Under the pieces are notes generated by a model. That model searched no databases. It had not been told where the DNA came from and saw nothing but the letters and a program-made list of their open reading frames with translations. Positions 1-11,847 of a DNA stretch of 64,000 nt are shown here, in pieces. Source of the stretch: Azolla caroliniana. Lineage: Eukaryota; Plantae; Polypodiophyta. Location: contig JBHGNT010000009.1 in assembly GCA_043228905.1 (NCBI GenBank), forward strand, positions 20,832,001 through 20,896,000, written 5' to 3'. The position numbers were made by a program, and so were the translations under genes. Position 1 is the stretch's first letter. The number at the start of each line of letters is the position of its first letter.

Positions 1-2346
1 CTACGAGGATACATTTCTCCGACTTCGGGTCAACCTTTTGACGTTTCTCGTCGGGGATGTGCACATACGCTATCGCGCCGAATATCTGGGTGTTCGATAA
101 GTCCGGATTCTTTCCGAAGTATTTTTCATGCGGAGTGACCTCGTGCACGCCGGATGTTGTGCATCGGTTCATTAGGTAGACGGCCGTATTTGGAGCTTCA
201 GCCCATTATGACTTCCTGGCATATGCTTCTCGTTCATCATGGCCCGTGCTACTTCGAGGATGTGCCGATTTTTGCGCTCGGCTACTCCGTTTTGTTGCGG
301 AGTGTGTCGACAAGTGAATTCTCGCCGAATTCCTTCCTTTTGGAGATACGTCGTGAAATCATCCGAGAAGTACTCCTTGCCGCCATCCGATCGAAGACAA
401 CGTACATGTCGGCCCGTGGCTTTCTCGACTTCATTCTTGAATGTTTGGAAGTGTCCAAACACTTCGCTCTTTTGCCGCATCGGGTAGATCGAAGTGTGCT
501 TGGAGAAGTCGTCGATGAAGAGCACGTAATATCGGCATCCGCCGAATGTAGCCGTCTGCGTCGGTCCCCATACGTCGGAATGGACTACGTCGAGTAGACT
601 TTTGCTCACGTTCCGCTCTTTCGTGAATGGGTGTCGGTGTTGCTTGCCGAATTGGCACGCTTCGCATACACCTTCAATCTCCTTCTCTTTGAATGTCAGG
701 AGTCTGATGAAGACTCCTTTCGATTTCATTGCTTTGAGTTTGTTGAGATTGATGTGGCCGATTCGCTTGTGCCACAGCTCTATGTCGGAGTTGGATTTCA
801 TGCCCTTTGCGAACATGGCCGATTTCATCTCGTGTGAGTCGAGAATGAATATTTGGCCCTCTCTTCGTCCGTGTGCGATGAGTCGGCCCTCTTTTTCGAT
901 GAAGCAACCGCCTTGATTAAATCGAACTTGCATCCTTTTCTCTACAATTTGGCCGACGGAGACCAAATTCTTCGTAATGGTCGGTACATGCAAGACATTT
1001 TTAATGTAATTTTGCTTACCTTCTTTTCCGAACGGAACATTGCCGATGTGCCGAATCGGGTGCGTAGTGTTGTCTCCGGTTTCGACATAGCCGGGTCAGT
1101 CTGGCTCTCGAAGTTCTCGGAACCATTCTTGATGCGATGTCATATGGTTCGAGGCACCGGAATAGACGAACCATACATCTTCCGGACCGGAGGCACTAGT
1201 TGAGGTAGAGGCTGACATAGAGTTTACTCTATGTTTCATCATGAACATTCTGCCACGGTCGGAGTTTTGCCCATACTTTCCGCTATACTCTTCGTAGTCA
1301 GAATTGTGCGCGTAATTCGTGAGTTGTCGGCTTGTGGAAGCCGTTTCACACATCTTCTTTCGGCACTCTTCTTCGTGGTGGCCGAGCTTTCCGCAATATC
1401 CGCATTCAGTTGCGTTTTGACGGCTCGGGCCGGAGTGGAACCTCCCCCTTCTTGTGAAGGTTCCTCGTTGGCTTCCGTTTTGCGGCCGAAATTGGGAGTT
1501 GTTGTCATAGGTCAAACCTCCTCCGCCTTGTCCTTGGCCGAATCGGCCTCTCGCTCGTCCGCGTCCTCTTCCTCCGTTCGAGTGTGTGTAGAGCATGTGG
1601 CCTTCCGACTCGTTGCTCCTTGTACGCACATGGTTTTCTTCGACTAATAGCATTGATTGGAGCTCGAAGAAGGAGGGAGATTTCTCCCTTGCTAGAACGG
1701 CGGTTCGCATCGCGCCGAACCGTGGTGCGAGGCCGCTGAGGCATATTTGCACCATCTCATCATCATCTATACTTACGTTTATCGAGCCGAGCGAGTCGCA
1801 AAGCTCATTGATCTTCGAGGTGTATGTCGTGATGGACATGCCCCTTTGTTGAATGTTGTTCAACTCTTGGCGGAGTTGAAGCCTTCTTGCGGTTGTGTTT
1901 GCCGCGAAAATCTTTCGTAGATTTTCCCATGCCTCCTTCGGCGTCTTGGCTTCGCGAATGTAGCCGAGCATGTGATCATGAACACATGTCACCGAGCAAT
2001 ACATCACACGGCTTGCGGGTTGCTCCCATGTCGCGTATCCGGGAGCCGCTTCGGCGGGTCGGTCTTCGTGCTCTCCTTTGATGTAACTCCAATAGCCTTG
2101 TTCGACAAGGTATTGGTGCATCTTGTACTCCCAAGATGCGAAGTTGTTTCGATCCAACTTCTCGGTAGGGAGAGCGCTCCCCATTTGAGTATTCATTATG
2201 TCGATTCTTCTTCTTCTTCTTCTTCTCTCTTCGAATGCGAGCTATGTAGCGAAGCTACGATAGCGATGAGCCGGTTCTTCGTCGTCGGCGTAGAGCACAA
2301 TACACGATCACGATGAGGCGAATGGGCTAGATCGAGCAACCAAATC

Positions 2347-2358
2347 GCTCTGATACCA
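2347..2358 (-). promoter_or_regulatory. Primer-binding site complementary to the tRNA-iMet 3' end
   Basis: TGGTATCAGAGC on the minus strand immediately after the LTR-terminal CA. Confidence 0.95.
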
Positions 2359-2739
2359 TGTAAAGAATCGGATATGATTCTTGTGAAGCGGAAGAGATGT
2401 GAGTTATGTGTGTGTATGAGAGATAGAGAGAGTGAGAGAGACAAGGAGTAAGACACAAACAATATGCAAGGTAAAAGTATATTAACAAAGGAGAAAAACT
2501 AAACACAAGGTGGGAGGAGGGTGCTTTATATATTCACCCTCTCTTCATTAACTACAAGACTCATGGAGCATGGGGAATGTGAAAGCTCATAAGTTATGTG
2601 TCATAGAATATGATTCTATGACTCATACTAATGCTAGAATACAAAGAGGTGACATAATGGTGACTCTTGACCGTTGGAGTGTCTATTCACTCTCAAGGTG
2701 AGTTCACACACTAGACCAAGTTGAGCTTGATTCTCAACA
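2359..2739 (-). repeat. 5' LTR of the left copia element (381 bp)
   Basis: On the minus strand it starts TGTTGAG (2739) and ends TTTACA (2359), directly abutting the PBS. It contains a TATATAAA box (about 2525-2532) and a CT-rich tract. Confidence 0.85.
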
Positions 2740-5235
2740 AAAAGCTTATTAAAGAATTTTTGACACTAGGTACATGCCTCGTAATATGCTAGTTGGCTTG
2801 ATTGATTTAATACCTAAGGTTGAAGGTATATCATTTGATATTAGAAAATGGAGACCAATAACTTTGCTAAATATAATATATAAATCTTCACGAAAACATT
2901 GTCATGAGAGTGCAACCTTTCTTACATGATTTGATTCATATCACCCAAACAAGTTTTTTTTCAAGAAAGAAGTATACTGGATAATTTTTTCATTTTTTGG
3001 GAAGCCATTGCTTTGGCTCGTAAGAAAAAAGAGGATTTAGTGATTTTGTTACTAGACTTTGAAAAAGCATATAATCGAGTTGATTGGGAGTTCCTTCAGG
3101 GTATAGTGCAAACATTTTGTATGGCTTCAGGTGCATCAATTAATTGGAATAAATCAGTGGGTTTTTTGGTGTCGTCCAATTTCACAACTCCACAATGGAG
3201 TCCTCATCCAGATTTCCGATGGATTCCTGTGGTCACTTTAGTTAGATATTTGGGATGTCAAGTAGGTTTGAATATTTCTTCAAAAATTCAGGTTACTTCT
3301 TTGCTATTGAAAATTAGGAAAAAATTATTGTTTTGGAGTAAAGCTAAACTATCATTTGCGGGTAGAGTGATAGTCGTTAATCAAGTTTTGTTATCTAGTC
3401 TCTGGTATATTATGTCCTGTTGGAGTTTTTCAATATCATGTATGGGACAATTGCAAAGATTGATCCGAAATTATTTGTGGTTTGGTAATGATGGAAGCCA
3501 TGCCAGGGCAAAAGTCTCTTGGTCCACAATTGTTAAGCCATTGGATCAAGGAGGATTAGGGATTGTAGATCCATTACAACAGTCCAAAGCTTTGATTGCA
3601 AATTTGGTGATTCGAGGATTGTTGCCAGGATTAGAACCTTGGAAACAATTGTTGTTTTATGAATTGCAAAAGTTTTGTCCCAAAATTGGTGGAGATTGGA
3701 GGCCTAGTTTTAGATGGGCTCTTAGGGAACATAACAGATTGGTTATTGCCACAAATTGGGAAGAGAGATTTGCTCGATGTGTTCTTAATGCATGGAAAGA
3801 TATTTCTCTTGATTTAGTTAAGACATTGCCAAAAACAGAATTTGAATTTTGTAGACAACCCCTGATTTGGAATTCATGGTTGACTGACTAGAGATCACAG
3901 ATGTCGGGAATGTGTACTAGACGTGCATGGGCAAGATTACATCGTGGGCCAGCATAGTCTATAGGTGCGTGGACAACATTTCTGTCCAAACCTATAGATC
4001 AACAAATGATACTAATTAGTAATATAAGGGGTGGGAAGATAATGTATTCTGCAATACAAAATGCCCTTTTTAATATTCAGATGCAAATTGGATCTTCTAC
4101 ACATAAGTGGATGGGCTTATTTACTCCATTGGATGTTTTAATTGGAGTTAAAGCCTATATTGGGGAACAAGAGTGTATGAGTTTTGATGTGCAAGATTAT
4201 GGTAGGTTAATCTTTACACCTAAGGAAAATGATCTGTTTAGGTTTTGTTTGTATAAAGAAGTGAGGGTGATTGCAAATGATGGATCAAATAGGGTTTTAG
4301 ACCCAGATCCTAAAAAGGTGAATTATTTTTGGAGGAATTGGATTATGGAAAGGAGACCAATATCTAGATTAACTTGGAATCCTAGAGAACTATATTGGAA
4401 GGTGTGGGTGCAAGATCCATCAAATACATGTCGTTCTTTCAGTATTCTGTGAAGATTGGTAGGAAAATATTAGGTGTTAGATTATGGAAAGAACCAACTG
4501 CAAATGTTGTTTGGAGACGAAATGGACTTTTTCCACAACATCTCAAACAATTTTGGAAATGTCTATGGGGTATAAGGATGAGTTAGGAAAATTGTTTGTT
4601 TTCGATGGATGTTGGTTTATAATGCTATACCAATTAATAGGTGTGGCAAAAAGGAAATGTAGACAATATGTGTCCTTTTTGTACAGATGTAATAGAGACT
4701 GCTAAACATTGTTTGTGGAGTTGTGGTTTTGCTTTGGACATATGGAAACGAATCATAAAATTATTAACTCTAGTATATCCTAGAGTAGTGTATACATGGG
4801 GTGTAGTATTATGGGCCACTGGTACATGATAAACCTATGGTATATGAACAGGAGGAGGTTGTAGATGTTATTGTGATGAGACATGGTTGGATGGAAAAAA
4901 AATTGATCCCTCTGAATCCACAAATTCAAACTGATAAACCTCAAATATGGCAATTGATAAGTAGTATTACAATTTGGAAGGCTCGATGTTTCAAGGTGTT
5001 TCAAAATGTGACTGAAAGACCTGCCCAAATAATTTCGAGAATTTGGATAGAGATTGTGCATAATCTCAAAGGGTTTTTTGATAGTATAAAAGGTAATACG
5101 CATAAAGCGGAGCTTAAGTGTTTGGAGTTTCATGCCATTTGGGACATAGGTATATTTTATAGACGATGTTTTGATAAGGTGGACTGGTTCTACTCAACAC
5201 CAAAGTATTTATTTAAACCGATGGTTAGAATTTAG
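2740..5235 (+). mobile_element. Degenerate L1-clade LINE ORF2 (RT remnant plus zf-RVT), interrupted on the left by the copia insertion
   Basis: Motifs KWRPITLLNIIYK, LLLDFEKAYNRVDWEFL, RYLGCQVG, LSFAGRVIVVNQVL, PLDQGGLGI and the C-terminal CPFC...ETAKHCLWSC. It carries stops and frameshifts, and the RT catalytic region is deleted near 3100. Confidence 0.92.
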
Positions 5236-5694
5236 AAAAACATAGGCCCTTGGTGGTATATCTTGTATGTTTAACCTTATGGTGTTTTCTAATACTAATG
5301 TGGTATCTTTTTTGGGAAAAGAAAGACCTAGCCTACGATGAGGATCAGACTTGGTTATTACGAGTTCTAAAAACCTAGACATTCATAGGCAAAAAACTTT
5401 ACAATAATATTATTTAACAACCTTGATATTTGTTTTTTTCAAAATAAAAATAATTCATTAGTAGAATTCTGCATACATGACGAAATGAGTAGAGTTACAA
5501 TGATTGGAGTTTCATGCCACATGGGACAAAATCATTTTTATACAGGGGTTTTGACAAGGTGTAGTAGTTTTACTCCTCACCGAAGTATTTATGGAAACCA
5601 TTAGTTAGAATTTAACCTTGATAAGAAAACAAGGGGATTACATATACGTATGTATTTCATGTACAACCTTTTATAGATAATCTAGGCTACACGC

Positions 5695-6068
5695 AATATT
5701 ATGAGATGTTGCCTCCTCATACATACTAATGCATGATCACCAATTGGCATGCTTGCATGAATGCTAACTAGCGGTGATAAATAGCGGTGAATTAGAACGC
5801 ATGAATATTTCTAGTCATGCTATATACATAGGTGCTCTAGTTATGATGAGTCATCCTCGTTCAACATCAATCTTTAGGCTAGACTAAAAATATTACAAGA
5901 TGTTGTCTCTTTATACATGCTAATGCATGATTGGCAAATGGCATGCATGCATGAATGCCAAGTGGCGATTATAAATGGAGGTGGATAGCATGCACATGTC
6001 TAGTCATGCTATATACGTAGGTGTTCTAGTCATTCGTGAGCTATCTTGGTTCAACATCAATCTTTGGC
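5695..6068. repeat. Diverged tandem duplication, about 194-bp unit x2
   Basis: AATATTA...TAATGCATGA...CTAGTCATGCTATATAC...GTTCAACATCAATCTTT recurs at 5695 and 5889. Confidence 0.85.
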
Positions 6069-9029
6069 ATAATCTAGTAAGTGTATACACTTGCATTCTC
6101 TCTTATTTACCTTTTCTTTTCTTCAATCTCGTTCTTGGCCTTGATCATTTGAAATGGAATTCTCTCTTTTTCTTATTGGGAGTTTTATCAAGCTTTTTAA
6201 GGTTGCAATGGAATTCGTCCACAAAGCAAGAGTATGTCTCTTGTCTTTGAACTTTATTGTCTATTTCCAACCAAAATTATGGCATTAGAGTAAGAAATCA
6301 AAAGACTTATTGGGGGATTACTATAACTAAGTGTGGAGGATGCACGGCAACGTGACGAACTATTGAAACAAGTATTTTTTTCAAGAAGTCATGGGTTTAA
6401 ATCTTTACCATGATTATAACATTTTTTATATATGTTAATGACAAGTAGTACAATGTGATAACCAACAATTTGAGTAATGTTTTGAACGACAACAAATATT
6501 AAGCTCAAGGATTGAATAAACTTATGCATATATGGTAACCCACCCTTCCTAACATCCAATTGAGGATAACTCAATTACATTGAAGTAACCCAAGACAAAT
6601 GGGAGCTTTTATTTGTCTCCAAATTAAGTCATATGTCCAAGTTGTGACATCAAATGGGACAATTGTATTTCCAAGTATCTACCAAAAACTAATTATCATT
6701 CTAATTCATCACATTTGGCTTGAAATTCATCAACTTGTGCGTATCTGTTTCATTTGTTGTGCATGTAACAATTGAATGTTGTCTATGTGAAGCTCATCCA
6801 TTGGAATCAATTTCTCTTGCCACATGCATTAGAGCTACTTTATGTCATAATGTCGTACTTTTACAGAGACATGGGGAGAACACATAGTCAACAAGTAACC
6901 AATTAAACACTTTACTATGAGTAATTTCTACATACCGATATGCAAATCAATATGATTGAAATAATGACATAATATCTTTGATTACGCACGGGCACATGCA
7001 TGCATGCATCCACATACAAAAGATTTTTTCAGGGTAGCTTCGTATTTACTACTTTTGTTTTTAGTGAAAAAGAGAAGAAAAACGTGGTGATAAAGTGTTT
7101 TTTAGATCACTTTAGCCCGCCTATGTGTGTGAAGGATACTTGAATGTGTTGAAAGTTTCCTTTTAAAGTTACACTTACTAGATCAATAGAGAAACACCAA
7201 TGGGAGGGATGTGGTTTAGTAATTTCTTCTTATTCAAAAACGATCTTCCGTATCCCTACATTTAGTGCCTTTGTATTTTAATCGGCACTTTACATCTCTT
7301 ATTGATTTTACAACTAGTCGTATCATGTTATTCTTACCATTTCCTTAGCACATAGGACAATGAAGCATTTAACAAGCCAAAGCTCGAAGGATCTTAGATA
7401 TCGATATAGTCGTCATTACTAACATACCAAATCTTGATTGTATAACCATTCAATTAGTGGATGTACATGGAATACTCAACAGCCTAAATTATAATTTATA
7501 ACCAGGAGCACGTGCATTTATTCTCCACAATCTCATACACCTAAATGGAAATGATAAAAATGAACAATCAAATAAATCATGTACTTCATATCACTTTGAG
7601 AAGAAAGAGTAGTAGGGAAAATATAATCTTTCTAATGTTTCCAAGTAATTAGATTACTTAATTTTTTGGTAGTGAAACTTCACCTTCATCCAAAACCTTA
7701 GCGTGAGCAACCTAACCTAATACATTTATTGTTGATGACGTGCATCTTTGAACATAAAAGAATGATTACTTGTCATTCTTATTCTTACTAAAAGCCTTAA
7801 AGTAAGAATGTGAAACATGGAAGGATATATAAAGAAGTTTGAGAATGCACATTCAGAAGATGATGAAAAGAAGAAAATGTATGCTTATTGATCTCATGAC
7901 CTTAGAAGAAGTAATTCAATTTCGTGCTTAAATGCGAGTGAGAGTGAGAGTAAAGTGGCTATGTAATTGGACCCTACATTGAAGTGGATGAACAAGCTAC
8001 AATGATGCAAGTAGGGTGTGGAAAATCTCCATGGGTAAATCAAAACTCTCCATGTATATTATGTCGTGATGCATTGTTAAGGTTGGGATCATACGACTTC
8101 AAGCACGTTACAAAAATAAAAACTAGGCATTTACATTGTTTGTATACAAGAGAAATTAATGCCATACATAATTAAACTCATAAAGAGATGTGGTGATAGT
8201 TGAAGAACCATATAGCATTGTCAATCATAGTTGTCTTTTTCCATTTTCCTTGCTCACAAGTAGACACATTACCTTTTTTTAATGTGCACATTTTTTATCC
8301 CCCTATTATTAGAGGAGAATGCAGAGCTTCGATCACGATGGGTGCACGACTTTGATTAGAAAATGTTAATGCGTTGAATTGCGACATTTGTAGCCATTAA
8401 ATAGTGGCAAAGAGAAAATGCGACACTTACTTAATTGATCGAATTTCCTTGCCCACGTAAATAGATTTGATTAGCCTCAACATGCCAAGCAAGATGTTAA
8501 ACCCACAACTTTTGGGACCATTATTTCTCCACCATTTGAACATGGATTTCCTTTCAAGCTATGCCTCATCATCATCATCATGTCTATGACTTTTTTGTCA
8601 ATGCACCATAGTTACCATCATCATCAAACTCAATCACAATTTCAAAGTCCTTTATTAGGACCATTAAAACTGTGCCAAATCAACATGGATTTTGTACGAG
8701 CACTTACTACGAACTTGCACTAACAAGCTATGTAATGTTTGAGCAAATACTACAATGTACAAACATTGTTGCCAAACTATATGGTTAGCATTATCTTCAT
8801 TAGGGACGAAGTTGATGCTATTAGCAATGTTGGGCTTCGACCAACTCCCATCTCATGCTTAAACAAGAGCGTGCTTGGCAAGGGTGGGGCAAAGAGACAA
8901 CTCCTCATCTAAACTAGCACCTACTACGATGGCCTCCCTATCTCAACGCGATGAATGCAATGCGTAATATCCAACTTCGACACGCGAGGGAGACAAATCA
9001 ACATGGCCGAGGTGAGGAGTGAAGATATA

Positions 9030-9730
<701 letters not shown>

Positions 9731-9819
9731 AATGTACATAAAACAGAGTAGTCAGTTAAAACTCTGTGGGTGTGGATTGATACTCGAGAGCCATGGCTAT
9801 AGATTAACAATTTGTTCTG

Positions 9820-10024
9820 TAGAGACAGAGAGAAGCCGACGGAGAGAGAGAGACAGAGAGACAGAGAGAGAAGGAGAGAAGGAGAGGCACAGACAGAGAG
9901 ATAGAGAATCTGTGGACTTTCCAAGACAAGCGCTTGTCGTTCTAGGGTTTTGCAGAGGCAGTGAGACAGGGCAAGGGCAAAGGCAAGGGCAAAGGCAAGG
10001 GCAAAGGCAAAGGGAAAGGGAAAG
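9820..10024 (+). promoter_or_regulatory. GA-rich tract, telo-box (TAGGGTTT at about 9942) and (GGCAAR)n repeat in the putative promoter/5'UTR of the F-box gene
   Basis: Motifs seen directly. A regulatory role is inferred from the position upstream of the F-box CDS. Confidence 0.45.
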
Positions 10025-10722
10025 ATACAGACACGAGTGGTCTTTCTACTTGCTTCCAGGATACACAGAACAAGAGGAGAGGGAGTCAGAGATCCATGGA
10101 AGAAAATCTGACTGATCAAATTGCTTCGAGGAAAGAGATCGTCGAGTCTCAAGTTGTACGCCCTGGACTTCTCATCAAAAGGTACGACATATTCTCCCCT
10201 CTCTAGTGACTTCGTTGTTCCCTTCGTATCTGGAAAGTTCCATCCTTCCCTTTCTTTGTTTCGCAATGTTTTCCAGGCTCCCAAATGGTTCTGACAGTGG
10301 AACACAGGAAAAATGGTTTTTCCTTTTGCTGTTCCATTCAAATTATCTTCTTCATCATCTTGTGTTTGGATTCTCCCTCTTCCATGACTTGTTCTTTTTA
10401 CTGGATTATTCATTGCTTCCATTTTATTCTTCTTATTTTTCTTTGTTTTCAAAGGGGGGAAGTATCCCCTTCCTTCTTATTCTCATTTCCTTTCTAGTTT
10501 CCTTTGTGTCTTCCTGGAAAGGATTCAATCTATTTCTGGAGCTTTTTTCATGGTTGGATCTCGTCCATTTTCTGATTGGAAGAGAGAGGAAAAGTGAAAC
10601 TCCGCCCTTTTCTATGCAGAGAATTAGCTTGAGCTATCAACAGCATACATTGAAGCAGCTTGGATACTCATTATCATCGCCTACACCTGATTTTGGTCTT
10701 CAAACCATTGTGAACAATCTTG

Positions 10723-11847
10723 ATGGAAGAGAGGTATCTAGAGGATTATATGGAGGCGATAGTAAACACAGACATTCTATACGAAGTGCTGAGCCGGGTA
10801 GATGGAGTAACCCTAGCCACAGCAGCTTGTGCGAGTTCCCCTTTCCACTCAGTTTCAAACAATGAAAAGATATGGGAAAGAATATGTTACCGAAAATGGT
10901 CTTCTACAAAAGATCCCGAAGTTAACGCTTTGATCTCATCTTTGGGAGGTTTCCGACGATTCTATGGTGAATGTTTTCCACTCATTGTGAGTAAACATCC
11001 CTTTGTCTTTGATGCATCTGATGTTACCTTGAAAGATGAAGAGGATTGGTTTGACGATGAGCAAGACATGATCGAAGAGCTATCCAACACTTCGCTCGAT
11101 GATTTTGTATCAATCATTGATGTAGTGTTTCGAGGGAAACCTGTTGCCTTCAGGGTTTTGCATGGTATACCAGGTGCAAGTGATCTCCATGGTTGGTTCT
11201 CTTCTTGCCCTTTTAGGATTGATTTACTGAACTGTGATGGTGGTAATGAAGATGGCATTATGATAAGCGAGGATCTGCCAGAAGTGGTCTCAATTGAGAG
11301 AGAAAGGAAAGATGGTCGATTGTGGAAGGGTATATGGGAAGACATTGAAGTAAGTTGGATTGTGATCAATAAAAGGACTAAGCAGATGGCTAATTTCGCT
11401 AGTCCTAGACCCCTTACTGGACAAAGGCATTGGCCTAGTGATAATGAGTTCTCCCTAAGGTTTGGTTCTATTCTTCCCGCTCACGAGTGGTTGTCACCAA
11501 AAGTTGTTCAGTGTGATGTGATTCTCAAATGCAAATTGTTGTGTGATTTTGGCCAATCAAATACAAAGTCGAAGAGCTCTTTAGTGATCAATGAACTAAG
11601 TATGCAACTAGAGGATATGGCAGGAGCTCACCTTAATGGTCGCCATAGCCTTTTGGCACTAAAATCAGCTCTTAATTGCCACAAAAGTAGCAATCATCAG
11701 AAAGTCCTTAAATCTTATGGACAATATATTCGAGCTCAATCAGAGTTAAAGGAAGAAAAACTGAAAAACGAAGGGTCGGTTGATACCATTTGCATCATTT
11801 GTGCAATAATTTTATGCATATCCTTCCTCTTTTTCTCTCTAGTTTGA
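10723..11847 (+). CDS. F-box protein, At2g27310/At2g36090-like family, with C-terminal transmembrane helix (374 aa, intronless CDS)
   Basis: N-terminal DILYEVLSRVDGVTLATAACASS...LWERIC..KWSST F-box-like motif, family motifs WFSSCPFRIDLL, SWIVIN, QRHW and ELSMQLEDMAGAHLNGRHSL, and a hydrophobic tail. A probable 5'UTR intron spans 10182-10619. An alternative ATG lies at 10750. Confidence 0.9.
   Translation: MEERYLEDYMEAIVNTDILYEVLSRVDGVTLATAACASSPFHSVSNNEKIWERICYRKWSSTKDPEVNALISSLGGFRRFYGECFPLIVSKHPFVFDASDVTLKDEEDWFDDEQDMIEELSNTSLDDFVSIIDVVFRGKPVAFRVLHGIPGASDLHGWFSSCPFRIDLLNCDGGNEDGIMISEDLPEVVSIERERKDGRLWKGIWEDIEVSWIVINKRTKQMANFASPRPLTGQRHWPSDNEFSLRFGSILPAHEWLSPKVVQCDVILKCKLLCDFGQSNTKSKSSLVINELSMQLEDMAGAHLNGRHSLLALKSALNCHKSSNHQKVLKSYGQYIRAQSELKEEKLKNEGSVDTICIICAIILCISFLFFSLV

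Larger units (their letters stand above)
1..2739 (-). mobile_element. Ty1/copia LTR retrotransposon, 5' part (LTR, PBS, gag, protease, GAG-pre-integrase, integrase); continues beyond the left edge of the window
   Basis: Gag 2196-1096 has EKLDRNNFASW, a CGYCGKLGHHEEEC zinc knuckle and a protease motif WFVYSGASNHMT (catalytic D replaced by Y). An in-frame TGA at 1098-1096 is followed in the same frame by LWHKRIGH, CEACQFGK, HSDVWGP, RSDGGKEY and PQQNGVAERKNR (integrase). The sequence is CpG-rich, suggesting a relatively young copy. Confidence 0.97.

Noticed and set aside
154-2316. Plus-strand ORFs antisense to the left copia (and minus-strand ORFs over the right copia)
   Set aside because: They are shadow ORFs of GC-rich gag-pol coding sequence.
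8905-8970. Possible Helitron 3' end (CTAG plus hairpin on the minus strand)
   Set aside because: The hairpin is weak and wrongly spaced, and no 5' TC end or Rep/helicase remnant could be identified.
10206-10865. 219-aa hydrophobic ORF upstream of and overlapping the F-box gene
   Set aside because: It has a non-ATG start and derives from a T/C-rich intron, with no recognisable motif.
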